Assembly (NCBI RefSeq): GCF_000020005.1
Contig: NC_010718.1
Span: 1,761,695 to 1,785,694, forward strand
Length of the DNA stretch: 24,000 nucleotides
Direction: 5' to 3'
DNA from: Natranaerobius thermophilus JW/NM-WN-LF
GTDB taxonomy: Bacteria > Bacillota > Natranaerobiia > Natranaerobiales > Natranaerobiaceae
Below, one piece after another: positions 1-8,023 of the stretch (its first letter is position 1; each line of letters opens with the position of its first letter). The notes beneath the pieces are model-generated. The model saw nothing but the letters and a program-made list of their open reading frames with translations, was not told where the DNA came from and searched no databases. The position numbers and the translations under genes are program-made.

Positions 1-116
1 TCCTCTTGCTGTCGAACTAAAATATCGTCTCCCATACTCATTCCCATAAGTATACCTATTGCCAGGCTACAAAATAGCGAGACAATCGTAATTATGTAAT
101 GGTTTATTTTAAACAA
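1..116 (-). CDS. MctB/SteB-like membrane protein (DUF3186 'copper transporter' family), N-terminal fragment running off the window
   Basis: A TTG at 116-114 sits 8 nt downstream of AGGAGG (130-125) and 16 nt after the steA-like stop. It translates MFKINHYIITIVSLFCSLAIGILMGMSMGDDILVRQQE: a short N-terminus followed by one TM helix, as in MctB-family proteins that follow steA. Only 38 codons are visible. Confidence 0.45.
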   Translation of the reverse strand, partial: MFKINHYIITIVSLFCSLAIGILMGMSMGDDILVRQQE

Positions 117-132
117 CTTTAAAACCTCCTAA

Positions 133-1281
133 TCAGAAAAACAAACGTACATATAGATACAATAACCTAAAAAAATGCGCCACTATTGGGGAAAGCATAG
201 CTAATATCACTACAGGTAATATGGCTGAAACTACAATTAAACCTAAAGATTGTAACTTAACTCTCGGCCGATAAAGTTGACTAACTCCCTTGGCATCAAC
301 TAATTTTTCACCAACCTTTAGTCTTGCTAAAAAAGTACTTGCCATTCCCTGACGGCCCTTTTCTAAAAAGTCAATTACATGAGTATGAGTCCCCAAAGCT
401 ACTAATAGACGAGCTTCCATTTGGTAAGCCAGTAATAAAGCTAGATCCTCACTGGTCCCAGGTGCAGGGATATCATTATAATCTAAACCTAGTTTTTTTA
501 ATCTTTTCGCACCAGGCGCACTTCCATTGGGGTAAGCATGCACAATTCGATTTTTGATTTTATTAAGAGCATAATCTGAAATACTATCCATATCTCCTAT
601 TACAATATCAGGTGAGAAGCCATATTCTATTAATGCATCTGCTCCTCCATCAACCCCAATAAGTACAGGATTTTCTTCATTTATATATTCTGAGATGGCA
701 TCTAAATCTTTACGATAATCTTTACCTCTAACAACAATCACACAATGTCTATTATAAAATAAATTAACAAGATCAGATGATAACTCATCGGTATACAGAT
801 CTTTTAACATTAAATCTTTTTCTTTAATTGCATATTGAAAAGTGTTTTCTACGAACTCTCTCAGGCGAGTTTCAAAATTGTTTTCAGCGATTTTTTCTAA
901 CTGGCTAATAACTTGTAAATTTACAATTCGACCTCTACCTATTAATTCGTCATCTTGATATATACACTCACCATCTATGAATATATCTCTTTCTGGTTTT
1001 AATTTATCTATAATATTTTCATCAACTTGATCAATCAATGGAACACTGTGTTCAATAAATACCCTCGGACCTTGATTAGGATAATATCCAGTCATGCTGT
1101 CACTGAGATTAATAACAGCCTTTATATTTGCTTCACACAATGATCTGGCGGCTATTTCATCAATATCTTCATGTCTTATAATAGCTATATCACCGGAATC
1201 AAGCAGTGGTGTTAAATCTTTAGTTTTAAATCCTAATTTCCCTCTTCCTTTTATTTTCCCTTGCTTGATTGGACTGATCAA
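133..1281 (-). CDS. steA: SteA-like protein (thiamine-pyrophosphokinase-catalytic-like domain, C-terminal membrane anchor)
   Basis: 382-aa ORF with a TTG start 7 nt after AGGAGG. The N-terminal GDIAIIRHEDIDEIAARSL...AVINLSDSMTGYYPNQGP block and the central GVDGGADAL...VIGDMDS (TPK-like) block match the SteA/Rv1697 family. The hydrophobic C-terminus LGLIVVSAILPVVILAMLSPIVAHFF is a TM helix. Confidence 0.75.
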   Translation of the reverse strand: MISPIKQGKIKGRGKLGFKTKDLTPLLDSGDIAIIRHEDIDEIAARSLCEANIKAVINLSDSMTGYYPNQGPRVFIEHSVPLIDQVDENIIDKLKPERDIFIDGECIYQDDELIGRGRIVNLQVISQLEKIAENNFETRLREFVENTFQYAIKEKDLMLKDLYTDELSSDLVNLFYNRHCVIVVRGKDYRKDLDAISEYINEENPVLIGVDGGADALIEYGFSPDIVIGDMDSISDYALNKIKNRIVHAYPNGSAPGAKRLKKLGLDYNDIPAPGTSEDLALLLAYQMEARLLVALGTHTHVIDFLEKGRQGMASTFLARLKVGEKLVDAKGVSQLYRPRVKLQSLGLIVVSAILPVVILAMLSPIVAHFFRLLYLYVRLFF

Positions 1282-1315
1282 TATATATCCTCCTAATGGC
1301 TAATACATCTTAATT

Positions 1316-1349
1316 GTGTAACTGATTCCATAGTGTAACTGATTCATTA
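1316..1349. repeat. 17-bp tandem direct repeat (13-bp perfect core GTGTAACTGATTC x2)
   Basis: The core occurs at 1316-1328 and 1333-1345 and is identical, with a 17-bp period. It lies between the 1384-1417 terminator and the steA-like RBS. Confidence 0.9.
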
Positions 1350-1383
1350 ATTAGTATGACTTAATTTGCTATTAGCTATAAAT

Positions 1384-1417
1384 AAAAAATCAACCGCTTA
1401 TAAGCGGTTGATTTTTT
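1384..1417 (-). terminator. Rho-independent terminator (symmetric, potentially bidirectional) ending the transglutaminase-like gene transcript
   Basis: The sequence is AAAAAATCAACCGC-TTATAA-GCGGTTGATTTTTT: a perfect stem flanked by an A-run and a T-run, so a U-tract follows the hairpin on either strand. It lies 73 nt downstream of the stop at 1491. Confidence 0.85.
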
Positions 1418-1490
1418 CAAAGTATTTATTATATCTCTTTGCTAAGAATGCGGGTAATAACCAACTCAAGCTAAAAGTGATTTTTACTTG

Positions 1491-2015
1491 CTAGGGCATA
1501 TAATCCCAAAAAGCAGTGTACGTATTTAATGTTACATCCCATTGAACATTTGGCATTTGAAAGCCCTCTTCGTGAGAAAAGATCGCCAATTCATCACTTT
1601 CAATAGGTGTATCCAATTTACCAGGATAATCTACCCAAAAATGATCTAAAGAATATTTAATAGTATATGGTTCTTGTCTATACTCTAGCATGGATGCAAA
1701 AATTACCATCCTTGATTTACAATCACCTTTTTGATTAGCAATGATTTCATCAACTGTTGGATAGTACCATGGCATTCCATAAGTAGTCCAATCATATTGA
1801 TAAGGTATACTTTCAATTACCGCTGATTCTAATTGGCGGACATCTATTTCATCATCTATAAATCTGATAGGATAATTTAAAACTTCTTGGGTATCTATTG
1901 GTGGATCAATTATTCGATAAATAGATTGAGCAAATTTTAGCGGATTAGGATACAATGCAAATAGAATCATTAGTAAAGTTATCAATATTTGCCAATGAAC
2001 ATTAATTTTTCTCAC
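1491..2015 (-). CDS. Membrane-anchored transglutaminase-like (papain-fold Cys-His-Asp) domain protein, function unknown
   Basis: 174-aa ORF with a GTG start 8 nt after GAGGAG. It has an N-terminal TM/signal anchor (WQILITLLMILFALY). The motif QKGDCKSRMVIFASML followed by DHFWVDYPG resembles the G-x-C-x(2)-[FA]...H-[AF]-W-V core of transglutaminase-like cysteine peptidases. Confidence 0.45.
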   Translation of the reverse strand: MRKINVHWQILITLLMILFALYPNPLKFAQSIYRIIDPPIDTQEVLNYPIRFIDDEIDVRQLESAVIESIPYQYDWTTYGMPWYYPTVDEIIANQKGDCKSRMVIFASMLEYRQEPYTIKYSLDHFWVDYPGKLDTPIESDELAIFSHEEGFQMPNVQWDVTLNTYTAFWDYMP

Positions 2016-2050
2016 TCCAAGGACTCCTCAAAAATACGAATTAATATTAT

Positions 2051-2080
2051 ATTATAATTGCTTTTAAAGAAAACTGTCAA
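2051..2080 (-). promoter_or_regulatory. Consensus sigma-A promoter for the transglutaminase-like gene
   Basis: The minus strand reads TTGACA (2080-2075), an 18-nt spacer, then TATAAT (2056-2051). Both hexamers are perfect. It lies about 35 nt upstream of the GTG start. Confidence 0.6.
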
Positions 2081-2141
2081 ATAAATTAAATCATGATCAA
2101 ATAGTGATAGATCAGTTAAATTCGATATGTACCTTCAGAGT

Positions 2142-2984
2142 TTAAGCTCTTTGTTTTGTTTTTAATCTCAATTTGTCGGCTACAATTGCAATAAATTCTG
2201 AATTCGTTGGCTTCCCTTTTTCAGTATTTATGGTATATCCAAATAAATTCTTAATGGTTTCGATATCATTTCTATTCCATGCTACTTCAATGGCATGTCT
2301 AATTGCCCTTTCAACTCTACTCGGTGTAGTTTCAAAGGTTTCAGCAATCTTGGGGTATAAAATCTTAGTTACCGAATTTAATAAGTCAGGGTCTTCGATA
2401 ACCATCATAATTGCTTTTCTTAAATAAAGATATCCTTTTATATGAGCAGGAACTCCCAATTCGTGAATGATATCAGTGATTTCTGCTTCTAAATCAACTT
2501 TATTATTTTCGGGGTTTATGGAATTACCTATATTCTGAGAATCCTGAAGTACCATTTCTTTACTATCATCGGTAGCAGCTAGATTGTCAATTTCAGGTTT
2601 TGACATCCCAAAACCTGAATACAATTGTTTGATCCTATCTGCTAAAATATCCATGCTAAAGGGTTTTAAAATGTAATAGTCGGCTCCTAGACTAACGGCC
2701 CGTTGTGTTATCTTTTCGTGACCAAAGGCAGTTAGCATAATAGTTTTGGGCTTATTTTCGAAATCTTCTTTTTGCAGATACTCTAATACACCTATTCCAT
2801 CTAATATTGGCATAATAATGTCAAGTAACAAAATATCAGGGGGACTTTGTTTAATTTTTTCGATAGCTTCTTCTCCATTATGTGCAGTACCCACAACATT
2901 AAAATCGTCATGTTCAGCCAAGTAATCCTTCAAAATTTCACAAAATTCTTTATTATCATCTACAATTAAAATATCAATCAACAA
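2142..2984 (-). CDS. spo0A: Sporulation master regulator Spo0A (response regulator)
   Basis: The receiver domain has VDDN...[12 protein letters not shown]. The C-terminal Spo0A-specific DNA-binding domain has [19 protein letters not shown]...[17 protein letters not shown]...[12 protein letters not shown] start 6 nt after AGGAGG. Confidence 0.97.
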   Translation of the reverse strand: MLIDILIVDDNKEFCEILKDYLAEHDDFNVVGTAHNGEEAIEKIKQSPPDILLLDIIMPILDGIGVLEYLQKEDFENKPKTIMLTAFGHEKITQRAVSLGADYYILKPFSMDILADRIKQLYSGFGMSKPEIDNLAATDDSKEMVLQDSQNIGNSINPENNKVDLEAEITDIIHELGVPAHIKGYLYLRKAIMMVIEDPDLLNSVTKILYPKIAETFETTPSRVERAIRHAIEVAWNRNDIETIKNLFGYTINTEKGKPTNSEFIAIVADKLRLKTKQRA

Positions 2985-3042
2985 TAAATACCTCCTTTAA
3001 TAATAATTTATCCAAAATTTAAGAACTATTGCCAAAAAATGC

Positions 3043-3070
3043 TTTCGACAAATCAGTAAATAGTTCCTTC
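3043..3070 (-). promoter_or_regulatory. Candidate sigma-H-type promoter overlapping a Spo0A box (TGTCGAA) upstream of spo0A
   Basis: The minus strand reads GAAGGAACT (3070-3062; compare RNAGGAWWW), a 12-nt spacer, then GTCGAAA (3049-3043; compare RNNGAAT, last base mismatched). A perfect 0A box TGTCGAA occupies 3050-3044. A second AGGAAAA lies at 3071-3080. A weaker sigma-A candidate, TTGGCA(3035-3030)-17-GATAAA(3012-3007), lies downstream. Confidence 0.35.
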
Positions 3071-3080
3071 ATTTTCCTAT

Positions 3081-3120
3081 AAAAAAATTGGCATCGAATA
3101 TCCACACGCTTCGATGCCAA
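3081..3120 (-). terminator. Rho-independent terminator after spoIVB
   Basis: An 11-bp perfect stem TTGGCATCGAA (3088-3098) pairs with TTCGATGCCAA (3110-3120) around an 11-nt loop. On the minus strand it is followed by TTTTTTT (the A-run at 3081-3087). It starts 27 nt after the spoIVB stop. Confidence 0.85.
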
Positions 3121-3146
3121 TTAACAGAAATTTGTGCAAATGTGTA

Positions 3147-4448
3147 TTATTTTTCGGATTCATAGAGCATCCACTCTAAAAACGTTCCATATCCCTTTTC
3201 TGAATCGTTTACAAATACATGTGTAATTGCACCAATTAATTTATCATCTTGGATGATAGGACTACCACTCATACCTTGAACAATACCACCAGTTCTTTGT
3301 AGTAATTCTTCATCTGTAACTTCAATTACCATCCCTTTTCCATTTTCTGCATTGTGTGGAAAAACTCTTTTGATTTCAATCTCAAATCTTTCTATCTCTT
3401 GATTATCTAAAACCGTTAAAATTTGAGCTGATCCTGGTTCTGCGTGTTTAGCCAATCCAATAGATTTGGGTTCAATTTGGGAACTGTATACACTTTCATT
3501 AGTGATTTTACCAAAAATACCATGTTTAGTATTTTTTTCAATAGTACCTAAAGGTTCTTCACCATGGAGGAAATTTCCCTTTTTTTCTCCTGGTTTTCCA
3601 TCACTACCCTTGTTAATGTCTATTATCCTGGCATCTACAATCCTACCATCTTTTAAAGAAGCAGGAGCACTATCCCATGTTGAAATTGAATGGCCTAAAG
3701 CTCCATATTCTTTGTTTTCAAAATCTTTATAAGTTAAAGTTCCAACTCCTAGAGAAGAATCGGTAAGATACAAACCAATACCATATTCATTTAAGTTTAA
3801 ACAGTATCGAGGATCAATTGTTTTCGATTTTTCTTTTCCTGATCGTTCAATAATCACTTCAATTGAATCGGTATCTTGTTTTTCTAATAGATCAATTAAT
3901 AATTCTGAAGTAGAATCTAAACTTGAAATATCATGACCTTCTATCTCAAGTAGGCTATCTCCTTTTTGAATGCCAGCTTTTTTAGCTGGTGACATTTCAC
4001 CATTTTCAGTTTCTAAATAAAAGTAGTCAGAAACTACTATTTCACTAGTTCCTGCTTTTATTCCAATGGCTTCGCCTCCTGGTACTAATTCCCTGTCTTC
4101 AATTACGTTTATTTCCATTGTTCTAAGGGGAACATAACCAAAAAGACGAAACTCTACTTTAACATTACCAACATCTAAGGAAGAAAGTTTTAAAGGTTCT
4201 GTTAAACCTACTGCTGCGGGAGTTTGATCAGTAATTTGTTGACCATTGACTGATAAAATTTGATCTTGATTTAATATGTGTAGTTCTACTGGTAAAAATG
4301 GATGAACTTCCAGTTTATCACCCTTAATTAGCCTTAATTCATTGGGTAATTCCACATAATTTCTTACGGGACTGCTAAAACCAACTAATAGAATTACAGC
4401 TGCTAAGATAATCCCTGTAATTTTTCTACTAGTTTCTTTGTTTATCAA
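3147..4448 (-). CDS. spoIVB: SpoIVB signalling serine peptidase (S55) with PDZ domain
   Basis: It has an N-terminal TM segment, a PDZ-like segment (AGIQKGDSLLEIEGHDI) and a peptidase core (GVGTLTY...YGALGHSI...GMSGSPIIQDDKLIGAITHVF). The conserved position upstream of spo0A supports the call. TTG start. Confidence 0.95.
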   Translation of the reverse strand: MINKETSRKITGIILAAVILLVGFSSPVRNYVELPNELRLIKGDKLEVHPFLPVELHILNQDQILSVNGQQITDQTPAAVGLTEPLKLSSLDVGNVKVEFRLFGYVPLRTMEINVIEDRELVPGGEAIGIKAGTSEIVVSDYFYLETENGEMSPAKKAGIQKGDSLLEIEGHDISSLDSTSELLIDLLEKQDTDSIEVIIERSGKEKSKTIDPRYCLNLNEYGIGLYLTDSSLGVGTLTYKDFENKEYGALGHSISTWDSAPASLKDGRIVDARIIDINKGSDGKPGEKKGNFLHGEEPLGTIEKNTKHGIFGKITNESVYSSQIEPKSIGLAKHAEPGSAQILTVLDNQEIERFEIEIKRVFPHNAENGKGMVIEVTDEELLQRTGGIVQGMSGSPIIQDDKLIGAITHVFVNDSEKGYGTFLEWMLYESEK

Positions 4449-4514
4449 TTGTCAACACTCCTAGTTAATTTGAGATTTTTTCACCTCCCCGGCTGATTGA
4501 TGCAGCGCTATTTT

Positions 4515-4544
4515 TAAATTTCCCTCGATAAGTATGTCTAATAC
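4515..4544 (-). promoter_or_regulatory. Candidate forespore-type (sigma-F/sigma-G-like) promoter for spoIVB
   Basis: The minus strand reads GTATT, a 15-nt spacer, then GGGAAATTT. Compared with sigma-F GCATR-15-GGHRARHTX this matches 3/5 and 7/8. It lies between the recN terminator and the spoIVB start. This is a hand match only. Confidence 0.25.
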
Positions 4545-4589
4545 TGTAGCTATTTTAGGGAATAAACTGAAACTCAAGGTATCATTAAC

Positions 4590-4616
4590 AAAAAAAACAC
4601 CATTTTATAATGGTGT
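4590..4616 (-). terminator. Rho-independent terminator of the dxs...recN transcription unit, overlapping the recN stop codon
   Basis: The stem ACACCATT (4597-4604) pairs with AATGGTGT (4609-4616) around loop TTAT. On the minus strand a run of 7-8 T follows. The first stem base (4616) is the last base of the recN stop codon TAA (4618-4616 on the minus strand). Confidence 0.8.
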
Positions 4617-6289
4617 TAATCTCTCCCAAAAATCATGTTTTCGGCATGTTCTAAAGATGTTTTTGATGGTTCTTCTCCATCAATCATCTTGGCTATCTCA
4701 AAAATTCTATCTTGACGGGATAAAGTGTTTATTTCAGTTGCAGTTCGGCCATTATAATCTGATTTAGATAATTTAAAATGTTCATCAGCTTTACTAGCAA
4801 CTTGTGGTAAATGGGTGACGCATAAAATTTGTGTATTATCGGACAAGCTTTGTAATTTATACGCTACTTTTTGAGCAGCAGTCCCACTAATGCCTGTATC
4901 TACCTCATCAAAAACTAAAGTGCTTATATTGTCGATATCAGAAAATATTGATTTTAGAGCAAGCATAACTCTAGCAAGTTCACCACCAGAGGCTATTTTT
5001 ACAAGAGATTTTACTGGTTCACCTTTATTGGGGCTAAATAAAAATTCAGCTTTATCAAAACCTCTTGAATTAAGTTTAGTCTGTTGAAGATCTACACTAA
5101 ATTGAACTTTATCCATGGCTAAATCCTTTAATTGAGAAATGATGTTTTCTTCTAAGTTAGGCTTTACTTCCATTCTTTTGTTATGAAGTTGTTGCGATAA
5201 ATTATTTAATTTATCTGTTATTTGTTGCTGTTCTTGTTCAAGTTGAATACGCTGATTTTCAGTGTTTTTCAAGTAATCAATTTCCGAAGCTATGTCTTCT
5301 AGATAATTCATAATCTCTTCTATTGAATTCCCATATTTTCGTTTTAGCTCGTTGTAAGTGTTAATCCTATCTTCGATTTCTTGAAGTTCCATAGGATTAA
5401 TATCCATTTCTTCAATATAGTTATTAATATCTCGGCTTAGTTCCTCAATTTTGATCATCTCTTGTTCAACTTGTTGGTAAAAATTTTCTATTTTGTTGTC
5501 TATATCAACGGCATTTCTCAGCTTGTCCAGGACTGAGCCTAAGGAATCTATAACCGAAGGCTGATATTCTTCTCCTTCATAAATTCTGGTATATGCAAAA
5601 CCGACAGCTTCCCTTAACCTTTCTATGTTCTGTAATTTATTTCTTTGTTCTATTAATTCTTGTTCCTCTTTAGAATCCAGGTTTGCTTCTTCAATTTCTC
5701 TTTGTTGATATTCCAGTAGTTCTAATCTACGGGCTCTTTCTTTCGGATCTTGAATTAGCTCTTGTAATTTCTGCTTGTTTTGCTGGAGCTGTTGATAGAG
5801 TTCTGAAATCATTTCTCTTAGCTGTAATAATTCTGAACCACCATATGCATCTAAAAGATCAAGATGTTTATCAATATTTAATAAAGATTGATGATCGTGC
5901 TGTCCATGAATATCTACTAACTGTTTACCTAACTCTTTTAATTTATTGACTGTTACTATTTGATCATTTATTTTTGCAATACTCTTACCTTGGGATATTT
6001 CTCTAGTTATTATCAAAAGCTGGTTATCTTCTTTGGCTATTCCCCATTCTTCCAAGATATTATCAATGGGACCTGATTTTAGTTGAAACACCCCTTGTAC
6101 AATAGCCTTTTTACTCCCTGTACGAATGTATTCAGTGGATGCTCTTCCTCCCAAGATAAGTCCTAAGGCATCTAAAATTATTGTTTTCCCTGCACCAGTT
6201 TCTCCAGTTAAAATATTTAATCCCGGACCAGGCTCCAGGATAAGGTGATCAATCAGGGCAAAATCTTTAATATTTAGATGTACTAGCAT
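4616..6289 (-). CDS. recN: DNA repair protein RecN (SMC-like ATPase)
   Basis: It has the N-terminal Walker A GETGAGKT, a long coiled-coil middle region, and C-terminal ASGGELARVMLALK (signature) plus LVFDEVDTGISG (Walker B). ATG start 5 nt after GGAGGG. Confidence 0.96.
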   Translation of the reverse strand: MLVHLNIKDFALIDHLILEPGPGLNILTGETGAGKTIILDALGLILGGRASTEYIRTGSKKAIVQGVFQLKSGPIDNILEEWGIAKEDNQLLIITREISQGKSIAKINDQIVTVNKLKELGKQLVDIHGQHDHQSLLNIDKHLDLLDAYGGSELLQLREMISELYQQLQQNKQKLQELIQDPKERARRLELLEYQQREIEEANLDSKEEQELIEQRNKLQNIERLREAVGFAYTRIYEGEEYQPSVIDSLGSVLDKLRNAVDIDNKIENFYQQVEQEMIKIEELSRDINNYIEEMDINPMELQEIEDRINTYNELKRKYGNSIEEIMNYLEDIASEIDYLKNTENQRIQLEQEQQQITDKLNNLSQQLHNKRMEVKPNLEENIISQLKDLAMDKVQFSVDLQQTKLNSRGFDKAEFLFSPNKGEPVKSLVKIASGGELARVMLALKSIFSDIDNISTLVFDEVDTGISGTAAQKVAYKLQSLSDNTQILCVTHLPQVASKADEHFKLSKSDYNGRTATEINTLSRQDRIFEIAKMIDGEEPSKTSLEHAENMIFGRD

Positions 6290-6326
6290 TCGAGCCCTCC
6301 TTCTCTAATCAGCAGCTCCCTAATCA

Positions 6327-7187
6327 TTATACTTCTTGACCTCCTGTCAATTTTTCATTTAATAACTGATAAAAACTTCTTCGCCGTAATTTAACTAATT
6401 TAGTCTTATAGTTAGATTTTTTAACCTTTATTTCATCGCCATCTTGTAAAGTGAAACCCTGTTGACCGTCTACAGTTAAAACTACTACAGCGTAATTGGT
6501 TTTCATCTTAGCAGTTACCACCTCATCAGATGATATTATTACAGATCTATTATGCATGAGATGAGGACATATCGGGGTAATCATCATGACCTCCAAATTG
6601 GAACTAATAATAGGACCTCCAGCTGAAAAAGAATATCCCGTTGAACCTGTTGGGCTAGTAACTATCAAACCATCTCCCGGATACGTTTCCAGATAATTAC
6701 CGCCCACTTTAGTTTCAACTTCAATTATTCTAGAAAATGGCCCCTTAGCAATGATAACATCATTTAAAGCACTAAAAGTTGTGATTTCTTTACGATCTCT
6801 TAACACAGTAGCATCTAACATCATGCGCTCTTCAATTGTATAATTACCTGTTAAAAGGCTTTCTAAATATGCCATAACCTCATTAGCTTCAATTTCCGCT
6901 AGAAAACCCATCTTCCCTAAATTAATACCTAATAAAGGAATATCATAAGGGGCATACTCTCGAGCTGCCTTTAGTATTGTACCGTCTCCTCCCAGAATGA
7001 TAATCATTTCCGCCACTTCTCCCATGACATCAGAGGAAACTCCGGCACTTTCAGTCCCAATTAAATCTGCACCTTCATGGGTCAAGTACACATCAATATC
7101 GTGTTCTGATAGGATTTTATACATTCTACTTGTAATTTCCGCTACTTGATCTTTTTGAATGTTGGGTATTAAACCTACACTCCTCAT
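6327..7187 (-). CDS. nadK: NAD(+) kinase
   Basis: It has the GGDGT motif (IILGGDGTILKAAR), NDVII, and TGSTGYSFSAGGPI. Its ATG overlaps the tlyA stop as ATGA. Confidence 0.93.
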   Translation of the reverse strand: MRSVGLIPNIQKDQVAEITSRMYKILSEHDIDVYLTHEGADLIGTESAGVSSDVMGEVAEMIIILGGDGTILKAAREYAPYDIPLLGINLGKMGFLAEIEANEVMAYLESLLTGNYTIEERMMLDATVLRDRKEITTFSALNDVIIAKGPFSRIIEVETKVGGNYLETYPGDGLIVTSPTGSTGYSFSAGGPIISSNLEVMMITPICPHLMHNRSVIISSDEVVTAKMKTNYAVVVLTVDGQQGFTLQDGDEIKVKKSNYKTKLVKLRRRSFYQLLNEKLTGGQEV

Positions 7188-8023
7188 AAAGAGCCTCCTT
7201 TAAAGTATTCATGGGCATTTTTTACAACTTGTGTTACTATTTGATCCATTGAAGTGTTCGAAGTACTCTGTGAACCCTGACTTAAAAAAGCTAAAAATTC
7301 TATATTACCAGCAGGTCCAGTGATAGGGGAAAATGTCAATCCACAAACATTAAAATTCAAATCTGTTTTTGCCATATCTAAAACTTTATGCAAAACTTCT
7401 ATCTGAATGTCCTTATCTTTTATAACACCTTTTTTCCCAACTTGATCTTTATCAGCTTCAAATTGTGGTTTTATTAATACCAGGATATCCTTAGGATGTG
7501 CTAGTATCTCATTTACTATGGGTATTACCAATCTTAAAGAGATAAAGGAAACATCAATAGTCGCTAGATCAGGTATGTCATCAAACAAGTCAGAATTCAC
7601 ATGACGTATATTAGTTTTTTCATGTACTGTCACTTGCTGGCTATTTCTCAACCTCCAAGCTAATTGACCGTATCCCACATCAACTGCATATACATGTGCG
7701 GCTCCATTAGCTAATAAACAATCCGTAAAGCCACCTGTTGATGCACCGATATCAACTGCAATTCTATCCTCAACATTTACGGAAAACTCATCTAAAGCTT
7801 TCTCTAGTTTATATCCACCTCGACTTACATATTTTAAGTGGTCATTTTTTACATAAAGTGGCACATCAAGATGAACTTTTTTTCCAGGCTTGTCAATTTT
7901 TTGATTATCGACAAAAACTAAACCAGCCATAATATTGCGCTTGGCCTGCTCCCTTGATGCGAAATAACCTTTATCTACTAGCAATTGGTCGAGTCGATTT
8001 TTATCCTTGCTCAATCTGTTCAC
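7184..8023 (-). CDS. tlyA: TlyA-family 16S/23S rRNA (cytidine-2'-O)-methyltransferase (S4 domain + FtsJ-like MTase)
   Basis: It has an S4-like N-terminus (RLDQLLVDKGYFASREQAKRNIMAG), an SAM-binding motif (VDIGASTGGFTD), and KPQFE. The longest ORF starts at GTG 8023. An alternative TTG at 8014 has a better GGTG spacing. Either start overlaps the end of dxs. Confidence 0.9.
   Translation of the reverse strand: MNRLSKDKNRLDQLLVDKGYFASREQAKRNIMAGLVFVDNQKIDKPGKKVHLDVPLYVKNDHLKYVSRGGYKLEKALDEFSVNVEDRIAVDIGASTGGFTDCLLANGAAHVYAVDVGYGQLAWRLRNSQQVTVHEKTNIRHVNSDLFDDIPDLATIDVSFISLRLVIPIVNEILAHPKDILVLIKPQFEADKDQVGKKGVIKDKDIQIEVLHKVLDMAKTDLNFNVCGLTFSPITGPAGNIEFLAFLSQGSQSTSNTSMDQIVTQVVKNAHEYFKGGSL

Noticed and set aside
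4534-4767. A 77-aa plus-strand ORF starting in the spoIVB-recN intergenic region.
   Set aside because: It runs through the recN terminator and into the recN antisense strand. It has no RBS and no recognisable similarity. The region is better explained by the terminator and the spoIVB promoter.
7184-8023. TlyA as a 'hemolysin' or virulence gene.
   Set aside because: The S4 plus FtsJ-like methyltransferase architecture and its housekeeping context (dxs-tlyA-nadK-recN) indicate the rRNA 2'-O-methyltransferase role. Nothing here suggests a toxin locus.
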